Source: a virus. From it: a stretch of DNA of 64,000 nt. Positions 36,955-46,228 of the stretch are shown piece after piece. Below the pieces are notes generated by a model. The model saw nothing but the letters and a program-made list of their open reading frames with translations. It made no database searches and had not been told where the DNA came from. Within the stretch, counting starts at the first letter, position 1; every line of letters begins with the position of its first letter. The DNA is taken from IMG/VR virus record IMGVR_UViG_3300050821_024084, positions 1 to 64,000 of that record; one strand, written 5' to 3'. A program made the translations under genes and the position numbers.

Positions 36955-37644
36955 TCAGTCGAGCATCCAGGTGAGCGTCGCATCCGCGTGCGCGACGGTT
37001 GTGTCGAGTACCGGCAGAGACGCTACTTCAGCCGACAGCAGCAGCCCGAGCTCGGTGCAGCCGAGGATCACGCCGTCGCATCCGGCGGCGGCCAGACGTC
37101 CGGTGACGTCGCGCAGCTTGTCCCGGCTCTCCTCGGAGATAACGCCCCGGCAGAGCTCATCATAGATGATCCGGTCCACCATCTGACGATCCGGCTCGTC
37201 AGGAATCGTGATCGTGAGATCACGTTCTGCGAGCGCATCTCGGTAGAACTGGTGTTCCATCGTGTAGCGGGTTCCCAGCAGTCCCGGACGAGTCATATCG
37301 CGTGTGCGAGCGGCAGCAGTCACAGCATCGGCGATATGCAGCACCGGTATCGCGACTGCCGTCGCGATCTGAGAGTAGACGCGATGCATCGTGTTCGTGC
37401 AGATGATGAGTCCCTCTGCGCCGGCATGCTCCAGATTGCGTGCGCACGTGGCCAGATAATCCCCGGCGAGTTCCCACTGCCCGGACGTCTGGAGATATTC
37501 CACGTTCGCGAAGTCGACCGACAGCACGATGCAGCTCGCGGAATGCAGCTCGCCGAGCCGGGTCCGGACACCCTCGTTGAGCAGACGATAATAGACGGCG
37601 GTGCTTTCCCAGCTCATGCCGCCCAGCAGACCGATCGTTTTCAT
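36955..37644 (-). CDS. Aspartate/glutamate racemase family protein (YgeA/RacX-like)
   Basis: MKTIGLLGGMSWEST..YY, ICTNTMH, LLGTRYTME, VILGCTE. Confidence 0.93.
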   Translation of the reverse strand: MKTIGLLGGMSWESTAVYYRLLNEGVRTRLGELHSASCIVLSVDFANVEYLQTSGQWELAGDYLATCARNLEHAGAEGLIICTNTMHRVYSQIATAVAIPVLHIADAVTAAARTRDMTRPGLLGTRYTMEHQFYRDALAERDLTITIPDEPDRQMVDRIIYDELCRGVISEESRDKLRDVTGRLAAAGCDGVILGCTELGLLLSAEVASLPVLDTTVAHADATLTWMLD

Positions 37645-37662
37645 GAATCCGTCCTTCCGTTG

Positions 37663-37678
37663 TCGAACTGATGTTCGG
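37663..37678. promoter_or_regulatory. LexA/SOS-like box
   Basis: TCGAAC-TGAT-GTTCGG upstream of the racemase. Confidence 0.6.
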
Positions 37679-37845
37679 GAAGCAGGGTCGCTGCGCGACC
37701 CTGCACCCCGCCTGGTAACGCTCGCCGCCGGACCGGCAGCGACATCCCGCGTCCCGGTCTGCGCGAGCAGCCGAGCTTGTGCGCGTGACGCATCTGGCAT
37801 TCCGGGCAGCGTCCGCGCACCCGGAACCAGACCGCCCGGACGCGC

Positions 37846-38289
37846 TCACTCCAGCTGAGCCCGGTCATCCCGGCCTCCTGTCGAACTGATGTTCGTATCC
37901 GGGCCGGGATCGGCCAGGTCGCGATCGCTCCACAGCGTCACCCGGGTCTCGCGCTGCTCCAGCAGCGACGGCAGCCGGTACCAGGCCACCCGGATGGTGT
38001 ACCGGCCCGTTCCCTCCGTCAGGACGGTCCAGCCCCGCACCGTCCGGGGGACGCTCACCTGCGTGAGCGGCATATCCGGGCGCGCGCCCGGTCCCGGGGT
38101 CCGGTCGGAGCGTCCGATGTGAATCCATTCTCCCGAGTACCCGTAGATGTCCGGGTACTTCTCCCGGGTCTGAATCTCCAGGATCCACACATCGTCGCGC
38201 TCGAAAATCAGATCGACGCCCTCGACGTGAATCTCGCCCTGCTCGACCTGGATTTCCCGGTCGGGGGCGCGGGGGATGCCGTCAGTCAT
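37846..38289 (-). CDS. Hypothetical protein
   Basis: ATG 38289 (MTDGIP) after GAGGA. Confidence 0.6.
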   Translation of the reverse strand: MTDGIPRAPDREIQVEQGEIHVEGVDLIFERDDVWILEIQTREKYPDIYGYSGEWIHIGRSDRTPGPGARPDMPLTQVSVPRTVRGWTVLTEGTGRYTIRVAWYRLPSLLEQRETRVTLWSDRDLADPGPDTNISSTGGRDDRAQLE

Positions 38290-38728
38290 GTCCTCGTTCC
38301 TTCCTCTCAGACGTGATTCCGGGGAATGCCGAGCAAGTCCAGCGCCTGCTCCAGCAGATCCTCCGGGTGCATCTCGAAAACAGTTTCGTAGTCGTCGCCG
38401 GCTGTCCGGTGCACGACTGTCTGATCGTTGTCGATCCACAGCACGCAGTCCCGGTCCAGCTTTCCCGTCTCGTACGCGGCATGCAGCTCCGCCAGCGTCG
38501 CATAGCGCATCATGCGTTCCTCCTCCATCACTCAGGGGAGGCCCCGGGCCGGGGCCTCCCCGCCACCTGGCTCCTCCTCACCGGTCACGCCCGTCCCGCA
38601 CCACGGGGACCAGGCGGCCCACGTCGTGCGACCATCCGGCAGCGAGACCGACTGCTCCATCCACAGATGCCCGCGCGTCCAGCAGTCCAGACCCGGAACA
38701 TCCGCCCACAGACCCGCAGGCGCGTCCA

Positions 38729-39085
38729 TCACACCCGCTCCTGACGCTGCGACCAGCGACGCAAACGCTCCAGATCCCGCTCATCCGCCAGCTCGCGCGT
38801 TGCGGCATGCAGCAGCTCCGACCAGCGTCCGCGCTCCTCATTGCAATCCGGACAGCTCAGCGCATAGGCACGCTCCCCGGGCAGATGCAGCAGCGGACGA
38901 CCATCCGGATACCGGGACCGGTCATTCAGATGATCAATCGTCGCGAAATCCGCCGGAGTATCACGCGTGCGACCCGCCATCCGCCGCTCCATGTGCAGCG
39001 CCAGCGGCATCCCGCACCACCAGCACGACGGATCCTCCTCGAACAGCCGGAGCAGTCTGCGACGCATCCGGGAAGTATCCGTCAT
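38729..39085 (-). CDS. HNH endonuclease
   Basis: CWWCG...ATIDHL...LSCPDCNEERG. Confidence 0.8.
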   Translation of the reverse strand: MTDTSRMRRRLLRLFEEDPSCWWCGMPLALHMERRMAGRTRDTPADFATIDHLNDRSRYPDGRPLLHLPGERAYALSCPDCNEERGRWSELLHAATRELADERDLERLRRWSQRQERV

Positions 39086-39212
39086 CGATCCTCCGCATCC
39101 TCATGCGATTCCGTCGTCCAGACCCAGCGGAGGATCTGCACATGCCAGCCCAGCGGACTGCGTCCGGCTCCCAGCGCGACATACCCGGGTGCGGTCGTAT
39201 AGCGACGCCAGC

Positions 39213-39626
39213 TCATGCCGGCTCACTGTGCCAGATGACATGCAGCGGCGGCCAGTCCGTCCAGCGGGGCCGTCCGCGCACCCAGTCACCCAGTATCATG
39301 CGACCGTCCCGGCTCGTCTCCCGGAACGTCCACCAGGTCAGACCGCTGACATGCAGCTCCAGACGTCCGCACTGGAATTCGAGACGATTCGGCTCGCTGA
39401 ACGGAGCATTCAGCCCGGCATGCAGCCACAGACGCGCAGCCCGGGGACGCATGACCGGCGGCACATTCATCATCACGCATGCGCCCCACGGGAACGCAGG
39501 ATTCACGTCGGCATGCAGCTCCAGCCAGCGCGTCCGCACACGGATGCACGGCACCCCCGCGTACGCATCGACGGAGAACACACCTGGTGGTGCAGCGGGG
39601 GTCCGGGGGCGGGGAATATCCGTCAT
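39213..39626 (-). CDS. Hypothetical protein
   Basis: 137-aa ORF in a coupled leftward operon. Confidence 0.5.
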   Translation of the reverse strand: MTDIPRPRTPAAPPGVFSVDAYAGVPCIRVRTRWLELHADVNPAFPWGACVMMNVPPVMRPRAARLWLHAGLNAPFSEPNRLEFQCGRLELHVSGLTWWTFRETSRDGRMILGDWVRGRPRWTDWPPLHVIWHSEPA

Positions 39627-40302
39627 TCGCTCGCTTTCTTCTGTTTCAGGTACCAGGCTTCCAGCAGCTCTTCCGCTCGCTCCAGCTCCTCCAGCGCCTG
39701 CGCGCCGTGCAGCGCGCAGATGACGGCATCCGCCTCGGCCCGGGTCAGCGCCTGCGCATCAGTCCACGTGCAGCCGCTGGAGCTGTGCGGAGGCGGATGA
39801 CCCGGCTCCTGCGTGCAGATCGCGCCGTGCTGACAGAACGACTGACAGCACAGCTCATCAATCAGTCGCACTCCGGATTCTCTTCCCGCTTTCCCGCCGC
39901 GCGTCGCGCACGCGACAACGGACCCGGCTGATTCGGATTCGGCTGATGCCATCGTCGCGACCGCGACCCGTCATCCCGGTGCAGCTGCCGCAGATACGGC
40001 TCTATCTGCCGGTACGCGCTCGCGCGCCAGCGACCCGGATTGCGACGACTCATTCCTCCTCCTCATAGAACGGCAGCGGCGCGAGCCAGTAGTACACCGT
40101 GATCCCGCTGCGCTCCCGGCTACGCGACTCCCCCGCCTGCGACCCGTCCGGATACGACGCTCGCCAGACAATCTCATCCTGACCCGTCAGCCTGCGGATC
40201 TCATTCGCACGCCGACGAGCTGCCCCGGGCGATCCGCAGACACACAACGTCACCGGATCGCCATACGCGCCGATCTGCTCCGACAGCGTCCACACCGTCC
40301 GG

Positions 40303-40617
40303 TCAGACATCAGCATCACCTGGTCCCGGCCGGGGGTCCGGGGGAAGCAGCATCTCTGTCTGCATGCGACGCAGCTGCGACGCCGACCGGGGACGCACGG
40401 GGATGACCGTCCCCAGCAGCCGGAACTCCGCCGGATACGCGCGCGCAGCCGCCTGCGCCAGGATCATCCGCTGCACCACGTGAATCGCCGCACGCGCCTC
40501 CGCCAGATCCCCCTCGCGATTCGGACCCTGAGGGACCAGCAGCTCCAGCCTGGTGTAGCAGCCGCCCAGCTCCTGCACCAGCGCACGCTCAGCCGGGGTG
40601 AGCACGTCATCCGTCAT
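40303..40617 (-). CDS. Phage hypothetical protein
   Basis: 104 aa; RBS GAGGAGGAG. Confidence 0.6.
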   Translation of the reverse strand: MTDDVLTPAERALVQELGGCYTRLELLVPQGPNREGDLAEARAAIHVVQRMILAQAAARAYPAEFRLLGTVIPVRPRSASQLRRMQTEMLLPPDPRPGPGDADV

Positions 40618-40816
40618 GACTCCTCCTCAGAGATCAGCCAGTCACGCAAGCGCCGGATCTCCCGGACCAGCGCCTCACTGTCCACGTACGGCTCGTGCAC
40701 GTGCGAGCACTGCGGGCGCTCCGGCTCCGGCAGCAGGTCACCTGCATGATGCATGTGATGAGCCGCCGTCCAGCGCTCCAGCCGGGCTAGCACCTTCGCG
40801 GCGAGATCCTTCTCAT

Positions 40817-41368
40817 TCATCCGGCTGGCCCGTCGAGATAATCCCAGACCTGCTGATCCGGATCCGGCCCGACCTGCCGGTCCTGACCCCAGTCAGGTTC
40901 CGCCTCGGCGGCGAGCCGGGGAGCCGGATTCGGACGATGCGCATCGTCGCTGACCGACATGTCCTCGCCAGGATCATCGGCAAACGGCCAGCCCGCATCC
41001 GGGAAATGCTCCTGCATCCACTCCGGCGTGACCGGGATGTGCCCGACGGACTCGTCCAGCTTCCACGTCCCGAATCCCGAGGCCATCCACTGACCCAGCC
41101 GGTGCAGCTGATGTCCCAGCGACCGGTCCGCGATGCCGTGCTCATCACGCGGACCCCAGCGCACATGCCACAGCCAGTCCGGCGGACCGAGCAGCAGCGA
41201 GCACACCGGACCGGAACGCTCCGGCGTGCAGCGCCACTCCAGGATGCCCGCCCCGATCTCCTCCAGCAGCAGCGCGTGCAGCGGCTGATAGTACAGCTCG
41301 ATGGTCGTGCCGCGATCCTGCTGATGCGTCAGCCGGGCACGCAGGATGCCGCCGTTGTTATTGCTCAC
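40817..41368 (-). CDS. Hypothetical protein
   Basis: 183-aa ORF, coupled. Confidence 0.55.
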   Translation of the reverse strand: MSNNNGGILRARLTHQQDRGTTIELYYQPLHALLLEEIGAGILEWRCTPERSGPVCSLLLGPPDWLWHVRWGPRDEHGIADRSLGHQLHRLGQWMASGFGTWKLDESVGHIPVTPEWMQEHFPDAGWPFADDPGEDMSVSDDAHRPNPAPRLAAEAEPDWGQDRQVGPDPDQQVWDYLDGPAG

Positions 41369-41718
41369 CTGTCACAGCTCCCCGGGATGTCGTCGTCATG
41401 CAGCTCCGCGAGAATCTCCGCGAGCCTGGTCGTCCCCTCCGGGGTCCGGGGATCCGCCCGGACGGTCCGCCAGGTCACCTTCCCCAGACCCCGGGGCAGC
41501 TCCTGACCCGGCCGGAGCACCGTCACGACGGGCTTCTCCAGCATGATCGCCAGACCCAGCTCCACGCAGAACCTCACATCCGGGGTGGTCTCCGGCACCA
41601 TCAGCACCACGTACCGGGACGTGGTCATGGCAGGCAGCGTCTTCACCTGCACGTGGGAGACAATAGCCTCCCACTCCGCCCGCTCCTGCGGGGGCAGCTC
41701 GTCTATCCAGCTGGCCAC
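41365..41718 (-). CDS. Hypothetical protein (nucleoside deoxyribosyltransferase-like ELG motif)
   Basis: FCVELGLAIMLEKPVV. Confidence 0.5.
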   Translation of the reverse strand: MASWIDELPPQERAEWEAIVSHVQVKTLPAMTTSRYVVLMVPETTPDVRFCVELGLAIMLEKPVVTVLRPGQELPRGLGKVTWRTVRADPRTPEGTTRLAEILAELHDDDIPGSCDR

Positions 41719-41804
41719 CGGACTCCTTCCTGTTCCTGCGCGCCGGGCGCGCGCTTACCGCCAGCTTACCACCCGGGGCCGCATGCGGGGCGGTAAAAAT
41801 AAGG

Positions 41805-41834
41805 TTGCGCGGCAGGGGGCGCGGGGGGTATAGT
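41805..41834 (+). promoter_or_regulatory. Promoter for the ncRNA/tRNA cluster
   Basis: TTGCGC-18 bp-TATAGT. Confidence 0.55.
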
Positions 41835-41954
41835 CAGACCTGTGACCGCAGGGAAGTGCAGTTTCCTTCCGTGTGTCCCAACCGAAGAGAAGCGGCTCCC
41901 GGCGGTCACGTGAAACTTGAGAACTCAACTGACGCATCACATAAGCTCTCCTCC

Positions 41955-42090
41955 GATGCGCAGGCAGGCGGGTACTTCGGCAACGCACATGTCTCAGGAA
42001 CATGCAATTCCTGGTTCAAGCCCAGGTCGGCGCTCCGGCGTCGATAGCGTAATTTCCCCGCAAGGGGAGTCCCGCAGCCGCTCAGTTCAC
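41955..42090 (+). ncRNA. Y-RNA-like (YrlA-type) tRNA mimic, copy 1
   Basis: 5' GATGCGCAG..GCGGGTACTTC and 3' CCCGCAGCCGCTCAGTTCAC; T-arm CCTGG-TTCAAGC-CCAGG followed by a loop-closed acceptor-like stem TCGGCGC-TCCG-GCGTCGA. Confidence 0.65.
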
Positions 42091-42140
42091 GGAGGAGACC
42101 CCCGGATCCTCGCAAGGGGGTCCGGGGGACGAGCCTCTCC

Positions 42141-42259
42141 GATGCGCAGTCAGCGAGATACTTCACTGGTAATGAAAAGGTTACAGGTTCGAGTCCTGCC
42201 ATTCCTCTCGGGGAATGTAGCTCAAATGGAAGAGCATTTCTCGCAGACGATCAGTTCAC
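42141..42259 (+). ncRNA. yrlA: Y-RNA-like (YrlA-type) RNA with circularly permuted tRNA domain
   Basis: Order is anticodon-like arm TTCA-CTGGTAA-TGAA, T-arm CAGG-TTCGAGT-CCTG, acceptor CATTCCT-CTCG-GGGAATG, D-arm TAGCTCAAATGGAAGAGC, inside the shared GATGCGCAG/CAGTTCAC frame; Ro60 gene 3 kb downstream. Confidence 0.8.
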
Positions 42260-42406
42260 GGAGAGGACCTTACTGCGCGATCCCGTCCCGTCCATCACAA
42301 TGCGGGCACCTGTTTCAGCGGGATCGCGTTTAACGTCCGGCGCGCAGCAGACGGGGTTTTTCTGAGGGGTTAGACCTCGCCTGCGCGCCGGATCACACGT
42401 CAGCCA

Positions 42407-42475
42407 GATGCGCAGCATGCGGGTACTTCGAGTTGCGGAAAGCTCACCATCTGTCCCGCGTGCGACCCGGTACAC
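42407..42475 (+). ncRNA. Short Y-RNA-like copy lacking the tRNA domain
   Basis: GATGCGCAGCATGCGGGTACTTC...CCCGCGTGCGACCCGGTACAC. Confidence 0.5.
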
Positions 42476-42487
42476 TGGCTGACCCGG

Positions 42488-42563
42488 CGCGGGGTAGAGG
42501 AGTTCGGTCGTCCTCGTGGCGCTCATAACGCCGAGATCGCAGGTTCAAATCCTGCCCCCGCTA
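42488..42563 (+). tRNA. tRNA-fMet (CAT), CCA not encoded
   Basis: CGCGGGG/CCCCGCT acceptor with C1:U72 mismatch, anticodon loop CTCATAA, T-arm GCAGG-TTCAAAT-CCTGC. Confidence 0.92.
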
Positions 42564-42565
42564 CG

Positions 42566-42605
42566 AGATCCTCCGCGTCTTCCCTCCGGGGGACGCGGGG
42601 GATCT
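42566..42605 (+). terminator. Hairpin after the tRNA
   Basis: AGATCCTCCGCGTC...GACGCGGGGGATCT. Confidence 0.5.
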
Positions 42606-42624
42606 TCCACCCAGGAAGGATGTC

Positions 42625-42843
42625 ATGCCACCCAAGCGAAGCAAGAACACTGTCGCCAAGGCGACCCGTGCTGCCAGCTGGGCACGCGGCAAGGAGCGCA
42701 GCCAGCGGCGGATCTCGGAGCAGACTGCGGCCGCGCGACGCAATCGCGAGACCCGCGCAGCGGGCCTCGCCACCCCCTGGCAGCAGGCACGCGCCGTGCG
42801 TCGCGCGCGCCGGGCCGAGGAAAGGAACGCAGCGAATGACTAA
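42625..42843 (+). CDS. Small very basic protein
   Basis: 72 aa Arg/Ala-rich; RBS GGAAGGA. Confidence 0.55.
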   Translation: MPPKRSKNTVAKATRAASWARGKERSQRRISEQTAAARRNRETRAAGLATPWQQARAVRRARRAEERNAAND

Positions 42844-43180
42844 GACGGATGCAGCGGCAGCAGCCCGGGAGATGCTCCGGATGCTGGACGACGGCCGGGG
42901 CTGGTGCAAGCAGACCTACTTCCGGCGCATCAAGGACCCGGATACCGGGCAGCTCGTGGGTCAGTACTGCCTGCAAGGGGCGCTGCATAGTCTGCTGGGC
43001 GTGCAGACCTGGGCAGCCGTGGACACGAGGAACGCGATTGTCAGTATCCTCGCGGAGCAGTACCCGGAGCGTCTCGACCCGCGATGGCTCACGATCCCCA
43101 GCTTCAACGATCACGAGGCCACCACCTGGGACGACGTGCGCGTCGTCCTGGAGAAGCTCGTCGCACGGGAGGACGCGTGA
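42836..43180 (+). CDS. Tandem paralog 1 (DUF6197-like)
   Basis: GWCK..YCLQGA..EQYPER..FNDH..T..DV..VLEK. Confidence 0.75.
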   Translation: MTKTDAAAAAREMLRMLDDGRGWCKQTYFRRIKDPDTGQLVGQYCLQGALHSLLGVQTWAAVDTRNAIVSILAEQYPERLDPRWLTIPSFNDHEATTWDDVRVVLEKLVAREDA

Positions 43181-43527
43181 AGCGGAACCCGCACGTCGCG
43201 GAGGACATGCTCGCGTACCTGGGCGACCCCGGGCACTGGATCCAGGGCAGGTACGAGATGAGGGAGCAGCGCTGTCTGCTCGGAGAACACGGCGCAGCCG
43301 CCTACAGCAACGCGAATCACTGGGCCGGACGCACGCGGCGACCCGGGAATTCCCGGCTGCTCAGGCAGCTGGCGAGCATCATCCAGGAGCAGTACCCGGA
43401 ACGTCTTGAGTGCCTGCGCGGCATCGGTGAGGTCATCGCGGGGTTTAACGATCACCCGGAGACCCGGCATGCCGAGGTTGTTGCCGTGCTGGAGAAGCTC
43501 GTCGTCCGGGAACAGGAGGACGCGTGA
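43177..43527 (+). CDS. Tandem paralog 2 (DUF6197-like)
   Basis: HWIQG..CLLG..EQYPER..FNDHPET..VLEK. Confidence 0.75.
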   Translation: MKRNPHVAEDMLAYLGDPGHWIQGRYEMREQRCLLGEHGAAAYSNANHWAGRTRRPGNSRLLRQLASIIQEQYPERLECLRGIGEVIAGFNDHPETRHAEVVAVLEKLVVREQEDA

Positions 43528-43889
43528 CTGAAACGAGGACGGAGCACGCTCAGATCGCCCGGGAGATGCTCGATCTGCTAGATGAGGGACGCAGCTGGCT
43601 CAAGGGCAGCGTATCCGATGCGAGCCGGCAGCGTCGCTGCGTGCTCGGCGCGTATCAGCGAGTGATCGAGCTGCGACGGGGGGTCTGGGGGGGTGACTGG
43701 TGGACACCGTTCGTGGCGGCGCTGGAGCAGACGGTACATGAGCAGTACCCGGAGCGCACGCGACGTGCCGCCTCCTTGTTCTGGGCGAACATGATTGATC
43801 CGGCAGCGATCAGCTGGTTCAATGACCATGAAGACACCACCTGGGATGATATCCGGGTGGTGCTGGAGAAAATGGCGGTGCAGGAATGA
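43524..43889 (+). CDS. Tandem paralog 3 (DUF6197-like)
   Basis: SWLKG..CVLGA..EQYPER..FNDHEDT..VLEK. Confidence 0.75.
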   Translation: MTETRTEHAQIAREMLDLLDEGRSWLKGSVSDASRQRRCVLGAYQRVIELRRGVWGGDWWTPFVAALEQTVHEQYPERTRRAASLFWANMIDPAAISWFNDHEDTTWDDIRVVLEKMAVQE

Positions 43890-44257
43890 ACGAGACGGAA
43901 ACCGAGATCGCGGTGCTCCGGGAGATGCTCCGGTGGCTGCGCGATCCGGAGCACTGGGTCAAGAAATCGTACATGAGCCTGGGGCGCATGTGCCTGACGG
44001 CTGCTCACGGGTCGATCTGCTATCAGAATCCGTTCTACTGGATGACCTGGCGTGACGGGGAAGGACCCTCACTGTCGCTCCGGACGCTGGCGGACGTCAT
44101 CCGGGAGCAGTACCCGGAGCGGGCACCCGTGCGGCAGGGTCCGGGACTGCGGCCGGCAGGGGAGATCGTCCTGTTCAACGATCATCCGGACACCGTGCAC
44201 GCCGATATCATCAGCGTGCTGGAGAAGTCCATCGCGCGCCTGGAGGAAGCCGCATGA
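43886..44257 (+). CDS. Tandem paralog 4 (DUF6197-like)
   Basis: HWVK..CLTAA..EQYPER..FNDHPDT..VLEK. Confidence 0.75.
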   Translation: MNETETEIAVLREMLRWLRDPEHWVKKSYMSLGRMCLTAAHGSICYQNPFYWMTWRDGEGPSLSLRTLADVIREQYPERAPVRQGPGLRPAGEIVLFNDHPDTVHADIISVLEKSIARLEEAA

Positions 44258-44610
44258 CCATCAAGGACGAGGCGGAGCAGATGCTCCGGGTACTGCCCGG
44301 TCCGGGACAGTGGATGCGCTGCGGATTCTCCTCCGGTTCGCGTCGGTGCCTGATAGGGGCGTATGCTCAGGCAACCGGGGACATTGCTATGGATCTGGTG
44401 TGGGGTCGCACTCCCTCGCGATGCGAGGAGATCCCGTATCTCCAGCTCCTGGCGGGCATCATCCGGGAGCAGTACGCCGAGCGCGTGGCGCTCTGCGAGG
44501 ACGTGACCAATACGATCATGGGGTTCAACGACAGCGCGTGCACCCGGTACGCGGATGTGCGCGTCGTGCTGGAAAAAGCGCTCGTGCGAGCGCAGGAACA
44601 GGAAGAGTGA
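44254..44610 (+). CDS. Tandem paralog 5 (DUF6197-like)
   Basis: QWMR..CLIGA..EQYAER..FND..VLEK. Confidence 0.75.
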   Translation: MTIKDEAEQMLRVLPGPGQWMRCGFSSGSRRCLIGAYAQATGDIAMDLVWGRTPSRCEEIPYLQLLAGIIREQYAERVALCEDVTNTIMGFNDSACTRYADVRVVLEKALVRAQEQEE

Positions 44611-45239
44611 TGACAGAACCAGGCTATGCGCACTACATCGGGCTGTTCGACCGGTCCGGATCCATGGACGGCATCCGGGAAGAAACCGAGAACGGCATCC
44701 GGGCGTTCTTCGATCAGCAGCGCGATCTTCCCGGCAAGGCGACGGTATCCGAATACCAGTTCGATTACGAGCCGGAGCTGATATGCAGCTTCGAGGACCT
44801 TCTCAATCTGCGACCCTACAAGCTCGCGCCGCGCGGCAGCACAGCGCTCCTGGACGCCATCGGCTACGTCCTGGATCATGAGGGACGCAAGCTGGAACTC
44901 CTGCCGGAAGAGATGCGACCCGAGCAGGTGTTCTTCCTCATCGCTACCGACGGGAAGAACAATTCCTCGCGCAACTTCGGGCTCACGGACATCCGGGCCA
45001 GGCTCCAGCATCAGCAGGACGTGTACAAGTGGGAAATCGTGTACATGGGCGCGAACGTGGACGCCTTCGAGGAGGGGAATGCCATGAGCATCCCGAGCAC
45101 CAGCACGCTCCAGTACGCGAACACCACGACAACGGAGGCATACAAGATGTCCGGCGGGGCGGTGCGACGCAGCCGGATCAGCGGACAGTCCGTCAGCTAC
45201 ACTCCGGAAGAACGCGAGCAGGCGAAGGGCGAGTCCTGA
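44610..45239 (+). CDS. vWA domain protein
   Basis: MIDAS DRSGSM, PRGSTALLDAIG, IATDG.NNSS, YMGAN. Confidence 0.85.
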   Translation: MTEPGYAHYIGLFDRSGSMDGIREETENGIRAFFDQQRDLPGKATVSEYQFDYEPELICSFEDLLNLRPYKLAPRGSTALLDAIGYVLDHEGRKLELLPEEMRPEQVFFLIATDGKNNSSRNFGLTDIRARLQHQQDVYKWEIVYMGANVDAFEEGNAMSIPSTSTLQYANTTTTEAYKMSGGAVRRSRISGQSVSYTPEEREQAKGES

Positions 45240-45346
45240 TCCGCCCCTACGTCGAATGGCCACGCGCAGTAATCGACGGACGACGGATCCGCCGGGTGGA
45301 AGATGTCGATCTTGCACCCGGCGGTCCGCTTGCAGAAGGGACTACG

Positions 45347-46228
45347 ATGAAACTGAATCAGCCAGGGACCCGCGCGGGACGCGGACCTCTGGCAACGGAA
45401 ACCGTCAGCTCAGTCAAGACGCACGAAGACGGCACCGGCTATCAGCGCGATGAGCGCTCGCAGCTGTTCCTGCTCGCCACCACGACGTTCGCAGGCGAGG
45501 GCAGCTTCTACGAGAGCGCTGCCGTCAGCGACGAGCGACTCAAGACCCTGACGCGCACGCTCGCGATCACGACGGACGGCTGGACGTGGCTCTGCGGATT
45601 CCTGCCGTGGCTGCGGAGCGACGGCAGCATCCGGACTGCATCGCTGATCTGCGCCGCCGAGGCGGTAGCGGCCCGGATCGCGGAACGGAAGCGTCTGCTT
45701 CGTGGGGAACCTGCGACCGGAAGCTACGAGATTCTCGACACGCAGGGTCCGCCCCTGACGCACCGGCAGCTGATCGCAGTCGTCTGCCAGCGCGCCGACG
45801 AGCCCTGCGAGATGCTGGCTTATGCGCTGGGGGTCTGGGGGCGCGCGCTGCCGCTGCCGGTCAAGCGAGGCATCGCTGATGCAGCGGTGCGGCTGTGGAA
45901 CGAGGCTGCCGCGCTGCGCTGGGACAAGCCGGGGAACGCGGTGCGCTTTGCCGACGTACTGGAGCTCTGTCACCCCCGGACCGGAGCAGACTGGCAGAAT
46001 GTCATGTTCCGGGATCTGATCACGGAACGCAAGGGCCGGGACGACTACGAGCCGGACCGGCTGCTCCGCAAGGTGCGAGCACGCTGGCTGCTCAACCAGC
46101 AGCAGCCCGCCGGACGACACGCCATCGCGCGGCACGCGCTGGACGGCGACATGCAGGACCGGAAGCTCATCGACGACGCGGCAGTCGGTCAATGGGAATG
46201 GACACGAAGCTGGCTGGGTGAAAGGTGA
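45347..46228 (+). CDS. rsr: Ro60/Rsr TROVE protein, N-terminal part
   Basis: THEDGTGYQRDERSQLFLLA, FYE, WLRSDGSIRTAS, QRADEPCEMLAY, PLPVKRGIADA, RFADVLELCHP. Confidence 0.88.
   Translation: MKLNQPGTRAGRGPLATETVSSVKTHEDGTGYQRDERSQLFLLATTTFAGEGSFYESAAVSDERLKTLTRTLAITTDGWTWLCGFLPWLRSDGSIRTASLICAAEAVAARIAERKRLLRGEPATGSYEILDTQGPPLTHRQLIAVVCQRADEPCEMLAYALGVWGRALPLPVKRGIADAAVRLWNEAAALRWDKPGNAVRFADVLELCHPRTGADWQNVMFRDLITERKGRDDYEPDRLLRKVRARWLLNQQQPAGRHAIARHALDGDMQDRKLIDDAAVGQWEWTRSWLGER

Noticed and set aside
42162-42236. Conventional tRNA-Thr(GGT)
   Set aside because: The arms are in permuted order with the acceptor stem closed by a CTCG loop, which fits a YrlA-type mimic better.
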